Part shown: piece by piece, positions 45,975 through 55,735 of the stretch
How the letters are laid out: each line of letters begins with the position of its first letter
How positions within the stretch are numbered: the stretch's first letter is position 1
Assembly (NCBI GenBank): GCA_903842595.1
Contig: CAIMMO010000217.1
Location: 588 to 64,587 of the forward strand
Reading direction: 5' to 3'
From: an uncultured Alphaproteobacteria bacterium
Lineage (GTDB): Bacteria; Pseudomonadota; Alphaproteobacteria; Caulobacterales; Hyphomonadaceae
Length of the DNA stretch: 64,000 nt
Position numbers and translations under genes: made by a program
The notes under the pieces: model-generated
Databases searched by the model: none
Told to the model about the DNA's origin: nothing
The model's input: only the letters and a program-made list of their open reading frames with translations

Positions 45975-46358
45975 CTAGGACGCGCGCGCGACAGAGGCAA
46001 ATGGCGACCAGACGAGATTCTGCAAATCCGGCGTCTGGCAGCGCACCTCAGCTCTCGTCCTGGTGCGCCCGCAGGCAAAGCGCATCTGGCTGGCGGTGTC
46101 GCCGCCTACCGGGTTCGAGACGTTCGCAGGGCCGTCGCTGTTGACGCAATCACCGTACTCGGTGTCGGGGCCAGCATGAGGCAGCGGGAGGCCAGCTTTC
46201 CAACCACCGCCGTTCGCCTGCGCGCCGCCGCAGCGGCGCATCATCGCGCCGATGCCGTCTGCCTGTGATGGCTCGGACGGAAGGGGGGGAATCGGGCGTT
46301 GATTCCGGGCTCTCCTGGCGACTGCCTCCAGACATGGGACGCCGGGGCGCGCCGGCAA
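45975..46358 (-). CDS. hypothetical Cys-containing protein (up to 127 aa; may start at ATG-ATG 46244)
   Basis: This ORF exactly fills the only gap in an otherwise gap-free operon: it lies 3 nt after the upstream stop and 9 nt before the FAH start. GC3 is moderately high. No SD, signal peptide or family recognised. Confidence 0.35.
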   Translation of the reverse strand: MPARPGVPCLEAVARRARNQRPIPPLPSEPSQADGIGAMMRRCGGAQANGGGWKAGLPLPHAGPDTEYGDCVNSDGPANVSNPVGGDTASQMRFACGRTRTRAEVRCQTPDLQNLVWSPFASVARAS

Positions 46359-46361
46359 GGT

Positions 46362-47252
46362 TCATTCAGGCCAGGCTTCACGCACGAGATCGGCGCCGAA
46401 CACGGTCTCGGGTCCAAGCAACCGGAATTTCGGGGCGGACCAGACCCCTGAAAAAAGCGCCTGCATTTCCAGGGAGCCGGTGGCCGGGGTGAACAGTGCG
46501 GGCTGACCGTCGATCTCGCCGCGTTCGATGCCGGCGATGCGGATGCCGCTTTCAACGCCAAGCAGCTTGTACTCGAACTTCGGATCGGGATTGCGAGCGA
46601 ACATCTTGAGCAGTTTTGGCCGCTCCTGCCGGACCAGCACGACGCAGGTGATGAGGCTTTCGGGGATGAGTGTGGCGACGCCGAACGTCCAGGTAATGGC
46701 GGGCTCGGGGCCTGTGCCGGGGCCGGGCTGGAGCCAGACGATCTTGGGCACGAACAGGTTCTCCCCCGCCTCTGCCTGAAGCTGAGCGCGGCCGTAATTC
46801 CACGCCCAGGCCGCTTCGACGCGGGCCGGGTCGGCGGAAAGCGGGCGTTCCATGCCCTGCTTCGCAGCGATGGCGACGGTAGAGCGGTTGCCGTCGTTCC
46901 ACCCTTCGAGAAATCTCTCGCGCACGTACGGCCCCTCGCCCATTCGCTGAGGATCATCAGTACGTGACGGGAAGCGCGCCAGGAAGGCGGCCACCTCCGG
47001 CTCGGCCTCCAGCGCGAACGTGTGCGGGCGGAAGTAGTTCATGTTGAAGGCGACAGACGGGCCGGCGGGCCCTTCCTCGCCTTCGACTGCCTCAGTGGTT
47101 TCGTCGATGTGAAAGGTGAAATACACGCCGGTTTCGGGATTGGCGTAGCTCACCTGCTCGCCTTCGACTTCATAATGCGGTCGTGCCGTGAACCAGTGTC
47201 GGAGCGCATCTGCGTCGAACGCGACGGGACGCAGGTAGAGGTCGTAGCTCAC
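46362..47252 (-). CDS. hypothetical 296-aa protein
   Basis: GTG start 3 nt after the hmgA stop. Strong coding GC3. No TM or signal peptide. No motif I can assign. Confidence 0.7.
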   Translation of the reverse strand: MSYDLYLRPVAFDADALRHWFTARPHYEVEGEQVSYANPETGVYFTFHIDETTEAVEGEEGPAGPSVAFNMNYFRPHTFALEAEPEVAAFLARFPSRTDDPQRMGEGPYVRERFLEGWNDGNRSTVAIAAKQGMERPLSADPARVEAAWAWNYGRAQLQAEAGENLFVPKIVWLQPGPGTGPEPAITWTFGVATLIPESLITCVVLVRQERPKLLKMFARNPDPKFEYKLLGVESGIRIAGIERGEIDGQPALFTPATGSLEMQALFSGVWSAPKFRLLGPETVFGADLVREAWPE

Positions 47253-47255
47253 GCC

Positions 47256-48410
47256 CTACTCACTCGTCTTCCAGCTGTTGACGTAATCCCTGTTCTCCAG
47301 CGCTTCGGCTTCCGGGCCGACGTCCAGCGGGTCACGCGTGTCGATCATCACCGCGTATTCGTCGGTCATGGCTTTTTCCTGCACGAACATCTTCTTCAGC
47401 GCCTTGGGATGCGGGCCGTGCGTAAAGCCGGAGGGGTGGAAGGTCATCATGCCGGCCTTGATATTGTCGCGGCTGAAGAAGTCGCCCGCGTGGTAGAACA
47501 GCACCTCATCGAAATCGTCATTGTTGTGGAAGAAGGGCACCTTGATCGCGCCGGGATCGGTTTCGAACGGGCGCGGCGCGAAGGTGCAGACGACGAAACG
47601 ATCGGACAGGAAGGTCGTGTGGACGCTGGGCGGCAGATGGTAGCGGTGCGAGACGACGGGGCGTATATCGCGCACGTTCAACTTCACTGGCGCAAGATCG
47701 CCGTGCCAGCCAACAGCATTCATCGGGAAATAGGGATAAGTGATGGTCGATACCAGCCCGCGCTTCTTGACCTCGACCGTCCACACGTTCGGATTGGCCT
47801 GCATCGCCTGATGCGCCTGGTCGATGCGCGGTGTCTGCAGAACCGCCGGATCGAAGATAGCGTGCGGCCCCATCAGGCCACGATCCGGCAGGGTGAAATG
47901 CGCATTGGTCGCTTCGATGATGAGGATTTCGACCAAGTCCGCAGTTCCGCGGTCCATCAGCCACATCGCGCCGCGCGGCAGGTAAACATAGTCGCCAGCT
48001 TCAACCTCTAAGTGGCCCCAATCGGTGTAGAGGTGGCCAGATCCCTCGTGAATGAACAACAGCGTGTCGCCATCCGAGTTTCGCGCGATTCGCTCCTGAT
48101 TGTGCGCCATGCGCCAGTAACGCATCTCGCACGCCTTGTTGTGCAGGATCACCGGCGCCTGCCACGGCGAGGGCGTGCCGCTGCCGCGACCGCTGTGCGT
48201 ATGCGTCAGATCGAACGCACGCGGACGCAGCGGCCCCTCGAATTCGGTCCAGCCCGTCGGCGGCTTTGGGTGATAGAAGAAGGCGGCGGGGCCGAAGAAA
48301 CCTTCCTTCGACATCTCGCGCTCATATGTGCCCTCGGGAAGATCCGTATGCGCCTGCTTCGAATGCCTGCCCTCGGCGCCCTGTACCGGAATCCACTTGC
48401 CTTTGGTCAT
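47256..48410 (-). CDS. hmgA: homogentisate 1,2-dioxygenase (short ~384-aa form)
   Basis: Trimmed to ATG 48410 (ATGA overlap with the maiA stop). Cupin-type core with FFHNNDDFDEVLFYHAG and HPSGFTHGPHP. Flanked by maiA and FAH. Confidence 0.75.
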   Translation of the reverse strand: MTKGKWIPVQGAEGRHSKQAHTDLPEGTYEREMSKEGFFGPAAFFYHPKPPTGWTEFEGPLRPRAFDLTHTHSGRGSGTPSPWQAPVILHNKACEMRYWRMAHNQERIARNSDGDTLLFIHEGSGHLYTDWGHLEVEAGDYVYLPRGAMWLMDRGTADLVEILIIEATNAHFTLPDRGLMGPHAIFDPAVLQTPRIDQAHQAMQANPNVWTVEVKKRGLVSTITYPYFPMNAVGWHGDLAPVKLNVRDIRPVVSHRYHLPPSVHTTFLSDRFVVCTFAPRPFETDPGAIKVPFFHNNDDFDEVLFYHAGDFFSRDNIKAGMMTFHPSGFTHGPHPKALKKMFVQEKAMTDEYAVMIDTRDPLDVGPEAEALENRDYVNSWKTSE

Positions 48411-49063
48411 TGCCGCTTCGCCTCCGGCTGCTGTTCCGGCGCCGCGTCGTGGAAGGCTTTCAGCTTCTTCAGCGCCGCATCGATGCGGACAATGTTGGGG
48501 AACTGGGTCAGATCGATCTGCGGGTAGCGCCGGGCATTGGCGACCTGGGGAACAAGGACGATGTCGGCCTGCGTCACGGCATCGCCGAGGCAATAGTCGC
48601 CGGTGGACGGCAACATCTGTTCCAGAACGTCAAAGCCGCGAACGATCCAGTGCCCGTACCAGCTGGCGATAGCTGCATCGTCCGCGCCGAACTGGCTGCG
48701 CAGGCGAGCCAGCGCGGAGGTATTGTTGAGGGGGTGGATGTCGGCGACGATCTGGTCCTTCAGATCGCGCACGCGAGCACGGAGACAGGGATCGCGCGGC
48801 AGCAGGGGCGGGTCGGGCCGGGTCTCGTCGAGATAGTCGATCATCGCCATCGACTGGCCGATGCGATGACCATCAATCTCGAGAATCGGCACACGTCCGG
48901 AGGGGTGGCGTGCGAGATGCTCGGGCATTGTCTGCTCGTCCTTAAGCAGATGAACGCCGACCGTGCGATAGCTGACACCCTTGAGATTGAGCGCGATACG
49001 CGTGCGGTAGGTGGCGGACGAACGCCAGTAGCCATAAAGAACCGTCTCGCTCATTCCCGTCAC
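48407..49063 (-). CDS. maiA: maleylacetoacetate isomerase (zeta-class GST)
   Basis: Zeta GST motif YWRSSATYRTRIALNLKG. About 215 aa. GTG 49063 overlaps the acylase stop (GTGA); ATG 49054 is an alternative. Confidence 0.85.
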   Translation of the reverse strand: MTGMSETVLYGYWRSSATYRTRIALNLKGVSYRTVGVHLLKDEQTMPEHLARHPSGRVPILEIDGHRIGQSMAMIDYLDETRPDPPLLPRDPCLRARVRDLKDQIVADIHPLNNTSALARLRSQFGADDAAIASWYGHWIVRGFDVLEQMLPSTGDYCLGDAVTQADIVLVPQVANARRYPQIDLTQFPNIVRIDAALKKLKAFHDAAPEQQPEAKRQ

Positions 49064-51348
49064 TCGCTGATCGCCAGGCGCGAGACCGTGGCCTTCTCCA
49101 CGTCAGCCTCGCGCCAGAGAAGGTCGTCCCAGCCCTTGCGCGAATACAGCTCCGTCTGGTCGCTATAGTGCGGCGAGGTGGGATCGGTGGACTGCGAATA
49201 GGACAGGAAGCCCTGTGATTTCGGGCCCTGCTCCGTGAACTCGACCGCATAGATCCAGCTCGCACCGTGGCGAATGCTGGTCCAGCCCTTCTCCGGTTCG
49301 AGATCCTCGACCGTGATCACGTTGAACACGCCCTCAGGGCCGGCTCCACCATGGATAGGAATGCGCTTGCCGTTTCGCGTTTCGGCCTGAACGTCGCCCA
49401 GCCGTGCATCAACCGGGATTTTTAGCTCGGCGAGCTTGTCGACCGCCGTTTCAAGGGCGGCGATCACGCGCGCATCGCTGGCGTCGAACTTTGCTGGGGT
49501 ATGAACGGCGTTCTTGGGATCAAACGCGTCCTTGAAGCGGATACCGCCAGCTTCGGCAAAAAGATGGAACAGGTGCGCACCGCGGCTGTCGAGATCCACC
49601 TTGAGGTCCCATTTGGCAAGCGCATCGCACGCAGGCGCAAGCTTCGGCTTGTTGGCCGCACGGCACGCAGCCACGAGGTCGTCGCGGATCAGTTCACCGC
49701 CATAATGACGGTTCGAGAGCATGACCTGCTTCATGGCTTCGAGATCGAATTTCGGCGCGCCGAAGCCGTCCGTAGCCTTCATGCGGCGTTCGACCTGCTC
49801 GTGCGCCGCGCGGGTGCGCAGACTCCGTGGGGTTGCCTCGTCACCAAACACCGGGCTGAGGCCGGTGATCGGTGCGTACATGTTGGTGAGCCAGTAGCTG
49901 TCATTGCTCTGCAATACGTAGTCGGTGCGAAACTGATGCGGACCACCGGCTGCGCCGGCAGCGCCCGGCATTGAACTGTCACGATCGGTCGCCCAGTCAC
50001 AATCGGCGCGGGACCCATCGAGCACCGGCACCCGGCTTTCCTTCCACTGCTTCTTCGCGAAGTCCGACGCTGAGCATTTCTCCGCCAGCGCCTGCGAGAC
50101 ATTGGGGATCAGCCCCATGTCGCCATAGAGCGCCTCGCCGGTTGAATCGACGGCGGTGGCGTTGAAGCGGAAGGACTGCCATCGCGCGAGGGCGCCCTTC
50201 ATTTCGCGAACCGTCTTCGAGCGCCACACAGCCATGTACTGGTCCGGATCGCGCAGACCGGTTTCCAGTGTTCGCAAGGCATAGGCGCGGTCTCTGGTCC
50301 ACGGGTAGGATTCGGATTCGAACACCGGACCCCAGCGCGTGGCGTAGACAGTACGCGTCTCGGGCTCGATCTTGTCGCCACGCTTCACCTGCGCAGTGAT
50401 GGTGGCCTTCTCCATTGGGAGCCACTGGCTCTCATAGCGGTACTGCGTCGGGTCGGCGGGGTTAAGCGTGAGCTCGTAGAAACCGTTACGGCGCGCTGTA
50501 GAGACTGTGTTGGACCAGGCCAGCGTCCCCGTGTGGCCGATCCGGATCATCGGCATGCCGATATAGCTGATCCCGACGATGTTGATGTCGCCGGGAATGA
50601 TGAAATGCGTGCGATAGAAACGGTTCACGCCATCCCACGGATAGTGCGGATTACCCAGCAGCACGCCCTTGCCGTTCTTCGTCATCTCCCGGCCGATGGC
50701 ATAGGCGTTCGATCCCCAGCCTGATGCGTCTTCCAGGATCAGGTCCGGCGCCAGGGCGGCGCGATCTGCCCCGGGAGGCGCAGCGCTGGTGGTCGGGGCA
50801 AAGAAGCCATCCACGGTCTGGCCGACATACATGTGGCGCCAGAAATCGAGCGCGGTGATCTCGCGCAGCCATGCAGCGTCCTTGCAGCGCGGGTCCGTGA
50901 TCTTCGCCCGGCTCTCCCGCAGGTAGCGATTGAACCCGGCGACATAGCCATCGGCAAGCGCGCGCGCCTCGGCGCTGGGTGTGTCTGGCGAAGAAGCGGG
51001 TCCCGCCAGCAGCTTCTCGACCCGCTGCGATGCGATCATGCGCCGATGATAGAGATCGCTTGCGATGTTGGCGTCATTCTCGCCCGGGCCATGGAACTTT
51101 GCGCGCTCACCCGTCACGGTGAGAAGGCGGTCGGCAATCTCGCAGACATTGTCCTGCGCGCTGGCATAACCGTAGCCGTAGCCGATGCCGCCCATGTCGT
51201 CAGCCCTGATGTGCGGGACGCCAAATGCGGTGCGGCGGATTTCGGCCGAGAAGCGCGGGTTTGCGGCGGATCCCTCATCCGAGGCCGGCACTGCGCTGCA
51301 TGCGGCGAGCGCCATTGCCGAACCCAGCAGCAGGATACGTGCACGCAT
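49060..51348 (-). CDS. Ntn-hydrolase acylase of the penicillin/AHL acylase family (PvdQ-like), lipoprotein signal
   Basis: 762 aa. Lipobox AMALAAC. Autoprocessing/nucleophile region GWG-SNAYAIG...GKGVLLGNPHYPWDGVNRFY closely recalls PvdQ (SNAIAVG...LLANPHFPW, from memory). Confidence 0.85.
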   Translation of the reverse strand: MRARILLLGSAMALAACSAVPASDEGSAANPRFSAEIRRTAFGVPHIRADDMGGIGYGYGYASAQDNVCEIADRLLTVTGERAKFHGPGENDANIASDLYHRRMIASQRVEKLLAGPASSPDTPSAEARALADGYVAGFNRYLRESRAKITDPRCKDAAWLREITALDFWRHMYVGQTVDGFFAPTTSAAPPGADRAALAPDLILEDASGWGSNAYAIGREMTKNGKGVLLGNPHYPWDGVNRFYRTHFIIPGDINIVGISYIGMPMIRIGHTGTLAWSNTVSTARRNGFYELTLNPADPTQYRYESQWLPMEKATITAQVKRGDKIEPETRTVYATRWGPVFESESYPWTRDRAYALRTLETGLRDPDQYMAVWRSKTVREMKGALARWQSFRFNATAVDSTGEALYGDMGLIPNVSQALAEKCSASDFAKKQWKESRVPVLDGSRADCDWATDRDSSMPGAAGAAGGPHQFRTDYVLQSNDSYWLTNMYAPITGLSPVFGDEATPRSLRTRAAHEQVERRMKATDGFGAPKFDLEAMKQVMLSNRHYGGELIRDDLVAACRAANKPKLAPACDALAKWDLKVDLDSRGAHLFHLFAEAGGIRFKDAFDPKNAVHTPAKFDASDARVIAALETAVDKLAELKIPVDARLGDVQAETRNGKRIPIHGGAGPEGVFNVITVEDLEPEKGWTSIRHGASWIYAVEFTEQGPKSQGFLSYSQSTDPTSPHYSDQTELYSRKGWDDLLWREADVEKATVSRLAISE

Positions 51349-51523
51349 GGCAAAACTCCCTGACGTTTCTTGTGGTCAGAGGCCTAGCACGGGCTGGCGG
51401 AGGCGCGAAAGGTTACGCTCCGGGCGGCCAGCTGACGCGGAATCGATCAGCCTGTAGAGGCTAAAGCCCGCGATGAGGTGTGTTGCCTGGGCCGCTGAAG
51501 CCGTTACGAAACGCACGCGACCA

Positions 51524-51555
51524 GGCGTCCAGCCGACCCGCGACGGCTGGACGCC
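51524..51555 (-). terminator. strong hairpin downstream of the molybdoenzyme gene (possible terminator)
   Basis: A perfect 12-bp stem GGCGTCCAGCCG / CGGCTGGACGCC with an 8-nt loop, 15 nt after the stop at 51570. The U-tract is poor, so function is uncertain. Confidence 0.4.
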
Positions 51556-51569
51556 CGATTGCAGCAAAC

Positions 51570-53834
51570 TCAGATCGCAGCCTTCACGGCAGCAGCCGTG
51601 ATCGGAATATGCCGCAGGCGTGCGCCGACAGCGTTGAATATGGCGTTGCCGATGGCCGGACCGACGACGGTGGTCGCTGGCTCGCCAAGCCCGACAGGCA
51701 CTTCTGCGGAATCGACAAAGCTGATGTCGAGCTCAGGAACATCAGCGAGGCGCAGCGGCGTGTAGGCGCCAAGATTGAGCGCCTTGACGTTGCCGCTCTC
51801 GAACTCGGTTCCCTCGTGCAATGCAAGCGACAGGCCCCAGAGGGAGGCGCCTTCCATCTGCGCCAGCGCACCATCCGGATCAACGATGGTTCCAGCGTCG
51901 GCCACGAGCGTGAGCTTCTCGACTTTCACCCTGCCAGAGGCCTTGTCGACATTGACGCGCGCGACACACGCGACCCAGGTTGGCATGTCGCGTTCCTGGC
52001 CAAAGCTGGTGGCGAGGCCCAGACCCGTGCCCGCAGGCAAGGTCGAGCCCCACCCCGCCTTCTGTGCGGCAAGCTGGACCACATTTGCCTGTCGCCTGGC
52101 GCCCCCGACCGAGTTGGGCGCGGAGCCCGCATTGGCGCCCTCTGCTGTAAGCAGCTTCAGGCGGAAGGCGACGGGATCCATCTTCAGCTTGTGCGCTGCT
52201 TCATCCATGAAGCTTTCCAGCGCCCAGTTGGTGAAACCCGGACCGACAGAGCGCAGCCAGCCGGGCCGGAAGGTCTGGTTCGCAAGGTCATTCGATATCG
52301 CCCGCACCTTGTGCGCGCCAACCGCATACCAGTGGTTCGCCCCCGAGATCGCGAAGGGATCGAAGGGCACGTCCTTCTCGCCCTTCGGCATGAAGAACGG
52401 CGCCATCACCTCTGTCGGCCAGCCACACGCGACATGCTGCTCCATGCCGGTGACATTGCCGTCCTTGTCGAAGGCCATCCGCAGTTTCTGCACGGAGGGC
52501 GATCGAACGCTGTCGAACTTTGAATCGTCCTCGCGTGTCATGATCATCTTGACCGGCTTGCCAACGGCTTTTGCAGCCAGCGCGGCCGCGACGGCATAAT
52601 CGCCGTTGAGACGACGGCCAAAACCTCCGCCGAGGCGGTAGGTCTTCATGACGATATCGGTCTCCGGTACCTCAAGTGCGGTCGCGAGCCAGGGAAGCAC
52701 AAGACTCTGCCACTGGTTGCCGGTATGGATTTCCCACTTGCCGTCCTTCTCCATCACGAGCGCGTTCAGCGGCTCCATCGCGAAATGGAGTGCGGTGGCT
52801 GTGGTGTAAGTGGCGTCCAGCGTGGACTTCGCTGCACGGAAGACGGGTGCGGTATCCGTGTTACCAAGCGGCAGCACAGACCCTTTCGACGAATCCGCGA
52901 TCAGCTTCGTGGCGTGGTCCTGAAGGTCTTTCTCCGAAACATCCGTGGTCGGCCCGGGCCGGTATTCGATCACCACGGCAGCCGCCGCCTTTTTCGCAGC
53001 ATACCAGCTATCGGCGAAGACCATGCACCAGCCGGGAACCGTATTTGACGGGTCCTTGAGGGCGACGGTCGCGATATAGCCTTTGATCTCCTTCGCCGGG
53101 CCGTCCATCACATAGGTGACCATGGAGCCATTGCGCGTCGGCGGAATGATCGGACAGCCATAGACCATCCCCTCGACCTTCGCGTCGATGCCATAGACCG
53201 CGGCGCCGTTGGTCTTCTCGACAATATCGAGCGACGTCACCGGCTTGCCGATCAGCTTGCGATCGGTGACAGGCTTCAGCTTGATCGCGCCGAGTTCCTC
53301 AGGCGTGTAGGTCTTGGTAAGGCCACCCTTGCGCACGATATCCTTGTAGGAAATCTTCTTGTCACCCGAGACGATCTCGCCATTGGCGGCCGAGCACGTG
53401 GCGGGATCGACACCAAGCGCAGTTGCGCCTGCTTCGATCAGCGCCGCACGACCAGCGGCGCCGGCCTGGCTGTAGAGGGGGTAGGTCTGCCAGACCGACC
53501 ATGATCCGCCCGTGACCATCAGACCCCATTTCGGATCGCTGTCGACGTGGTTGATGCGGACATTTTCCCACGGCGCCTCAAGTTCATCCGCAAGGATGCG
53601 TGCCAGCGACGTGCCGACATGCTGGCCCATCTCGGCGCGGATCACGTTCACGGTGACAATGCCGTTGTTGTCGATCGAATACCATTGCGTTGGCTCGTAG
53701 GCGGGCGCCGTGCTGGCTGTCTCTCCGGTGGTGCACGCGGTGAGAAATGAGAAGGCGACGCCCGTGCCAGCGGCGGCGACGAGGAAGCCGCGGCGGGACA
53801 GAACGGCGGAAGACTTGTTGATTGGCGTATCCAT
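51570..53834 (-). CDS. molybdopterin-binding subunit of a xanthine-dehydrogenase-family oxidoreductase (IorB/aldehyde oxidase type), Tat signal
   Basis: 754 aa. Twin-arginine signal SRRGFLVAAAGTGVAF. The large MoCo-binding domain architecture is typical of isoquinoline 1-oxidoreductase beta subunits. Confidence 0.85.
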   Translation of the reverse strand: MDTPINKSSAVLSRRGFLVAAAGTGVAFSFLTACTTGETASTAPAYEPTQWYSIDNNGIVTVNVIRAEMGQHVGTSLARILADELEAPWENVRINHVDSDPKWGLMVTGGSWSVWQTYPLYSQAGAAGRAALIEAGATALGVDPATCSAANGEIVSGDKKISYKDIVRKGGLTKTYTPEELGAIKLKPVTDRKLIGKPVTSLDIVEKTNGAAVYGIDAKVEGMVYGCPIIPPTRNGSMVTYVMDGPAKEIKGYIATVALKDPSNTVPGWCMVFADSWYAAKKAAAAVVIEYRPGPTTDVSEKDLQDHATKLIADSSKGSVLPLGNTDTAPVFRAAKSTLDATYTTATALHFAMEPLNALVMEKDGKWEIHTGNQWQSLVLPWLATALEVPETDIVMKTYRLGGGFGRRLNGDYAVAAALAAKAVGKPVKMIMTREDDSKFDSVRSPSVQKLRMAFDKDGNVTGMEQHVACGWPTEVMAPFFMPKGEKDVPFDPFAISGANHWYAVGAHKVRAISNDLANQTFRPGWLRSVGPGFTNWALESFMDEAAHKLKMDPVAFRLKLLTAEGANAGSAPNSVGGARRQANVVQLAAQKAGWGSTLPAGTGLGLATSFGQERDMPTWVACVARVNVDKASGRVKVEKLTLVADAGTIVDPDGALAQMEGASLWGLSLALHEGTEFESGNVKALNLGAYTPLRLADVPELDISFVDSAEVPVGLGEPATTVVGPAIGNAIFNAVGARLRHIPITAAAVKAAI

Positions 53835-53837
53835 GGA

Positions 53838-54305
53838 TCAGCCCCCCTTCATTGCATTCGCGGCCTGACGAACCGCGGCGCGGATGCGCGTGTACGTCAT
53901 GCAGCGGCAGAGATTGGCCGTCATCTGTGCGTCGATGTCAGCGTCGGCGATGTTCGGATTGTCCTTCAGCACGGCGGCAGCCTGCATGATTTGGCCCGAC
54001 TGGCAGTAGCCGCATTGCGGCACCTGGATTTCCTGCCATGCCTTCTGTACCGGATGCTCGCCCTTGGGATCGAGCCCTTCGATCGTCACGATGGTCTTGC
54101 CCTCGGCCGCGTTGATCGGCGTGAGGCACGAACGCGCCGCCTTGCCATCGATGTGCACCGTGCACGCGCCGCACATGCCGACGCCGCAGCCGAATTTTGT
54201 CCCGGTCAATCCCGCCTGCTCGCGGATGACCCAGAGCAATGGCGTGTCGGCATCGACATCGACATCGACCGTCATTGCCTTTCCGTTGAGTGTGAAGCTC
54301 GTCAT
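53838..54305 (-). CDS. (2Fe-2S)-binding small subunit (IorA type)
   Basis: 155 aa. Contains CGVGMCGACTV and CGYCQSGQIM, the two [2Fe-2S] motifs. Confidence 0.85.
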   Translation of the reverse strand: MTSFTLNGKAMTVDVDVDADTPLLWVIREQAGLTGTKFGCGVGMCGACTVHIDGKAARSCLTPINAAEGKTIVTIEGLDPKGEHPVQKAWQEIQVPQCGYCQSGQIMQAAAVLKDNPNIADADIDAQMTANLCRCMTYTRIRAAVRQAANAMKGG

Positions 54306-54540
54306 AAGCGTTCCGCCATCAAGCGGCTCCTCGCCGGAGCCCGGCTGGCAAGAGGCGCACGCGGCGTATGCGATATGCGCCGCCGAATATAGCGTCCCTG
54401 CCTAAGGATGCTTCTCCTTTTGCGGGAGCCTGTCCAGAGGGTGTGATCGGGTTACGTAGGGCAACCATTGGATTGATCGAGCGACCGAGGTTCCGCTCGG
54501 ACCGACGACGGGCGGATGTGAGCCCATCGGTCGATTGGCC

Positions 54541-55605
54541 TCACGCCTCCGTCAAGACCCCGCGCCGGATCTGATCGGCCTCGATGCTCTCGAACAGAGC
54601 GCGGAAATTCCCCTCGCCAAAACCTTCATTGCCCTTGCGCTGGATCAATTCGAAGAAGATCGGGCCGATCTGGTTGGCGGTGAAGATCTGCAGCAGCAGG
54701 CCCTGGCCCTTGGTCGGCGCGCCATCGATAAGGATCTGGTTCCTGTGCAGCCGCTCCACATCCTCGCCATGCTGGCCGAGGCGCTGGCCGATGCCTTCGA
54801 AGTACGTGTCCGGGGCCGACTGGAACGGCACGCCGCGCCTACGCAGCGCTTCCACGCTGGCGTAGATGTCGTCAGTGCCGAGCGCGATGTGCTGGATGCC
54901 TTCCCCGCCATAGTCCTTCAGGAACTCCTCGATCTGGCTCTTGTCGTCGCGGCTCTCGTTGAGCGGGATGCGGATCTTGCCGCAAGGCGAGGTCATCGCC
55001 TTCGACACGAGACCTGTCTGCTTGCCCTCGATGTCGAAATAGCGGATCTCGCGGAAGTTGAAGATCCGCTCGTAGTAGTCCGCCCACTTCGCCATGTTCC
55101 CGCGGAACAGGTTGTGCGTCAGGTGGTCGAGATAGGTGAGGCCGACCGAGTTCTTCGTCTCGTCAGCGCCGGGGATCGGCACGAAGTCTATATCGTAGAT
55201 GCCGTGAGCGCCGTAGCGGTCGACAAGATAGATGTACGCCCCGCCGATCGCCTGGATTGCGGGAATGTTCAGCTCCATCGGCCCGACATTGGTGAAGGCT
55301 GGCTCCGCGCCGCGTCTGATTGCTTCCGCATAGGCCTTGGCGGCGTCCTTCACGCGGAACGCCATTGCGTTGGCGCCCTGGCCATGGACGCCGCGAAACG
55401 CCGCCGGCTGGCCTGACGGCTCCATGTTCAGGATGAAGTTGATGTCGCCCTGCTTGTAGCGGATGACATTCTTCGAGCGGTGTTTCGACACCGCCGTGAA
55501 GCCGAACCCCTCGAACAGCTTGCCCAGCGTATGCGGGTCCGGCGAGGTGTATTCGACGAACTCGAAGCCATCAGTGCCAAGTGGATTTTCGAACAGGTCT
55601 GTCAT
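54541..55605 (-). CDS. hppD: 4-hydroxyphenylpyruvate dioxygenase
   Basis: 354 aa. The N-terminus MTDLFENPLGTDGFEFVEYTSPDP and the C-terminus GFGEGNFRALFESIE match the bacterial HPPD pattern. Confidence 0.9.
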   Translation of the reverse strand: MTDLFENPLGTDGFEFVEYTSPDPHTLGKLFEGFGFTAVSKHRSKNVIRYKQGDINFILNMEPSGQPAAFRGVHGQGANAMAFRVKDAAKAYAEAIRRGAEPAFTNVGPMELNIPAIQAIGGAYIYLVDRYGAHGIYDIDFVPIPGADETKNSVGLTYLDHLTHNLFRGNMAKWADYYERIFNFREIRYFDIEGKQTGLVSKAMTSPCGKIRIPLNESRDDKSQIEEFLKDYGGEGIQHIALGTDDIYASVEALRRRGVPFQSAPDTYFEGIGQRLGQHGEDVERLHRNQILIDGAPTKGQGLLLQIFTANQIGPIFFELIQRKGNEGFGEGNFRALFESIEADQIRRGVLTEA

Positions 55606-55735
55606 CGGATTCTCCGGCGTTTGATGGAGAATATATACCGCGCGCAGGGGCGAACGAAGCGCGTGCTAAACAGGTACGACCAGAAAGTTCGCAAGACTTG
55701 TGCGCGGGCTTTGCTGTTTTGCCGAATTCCGTGCG

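Noticed and set aside
54251-54269. A tandem hexanucleotide (CATCGA x3) at the 5' end of the 2Fe-2S subunit gene.
   Set aside because: It is in-frame and simply encodes VDVDVD in the poorly conserved N-terminus. It is too short to call a functional repeat or a phase-variation tract.
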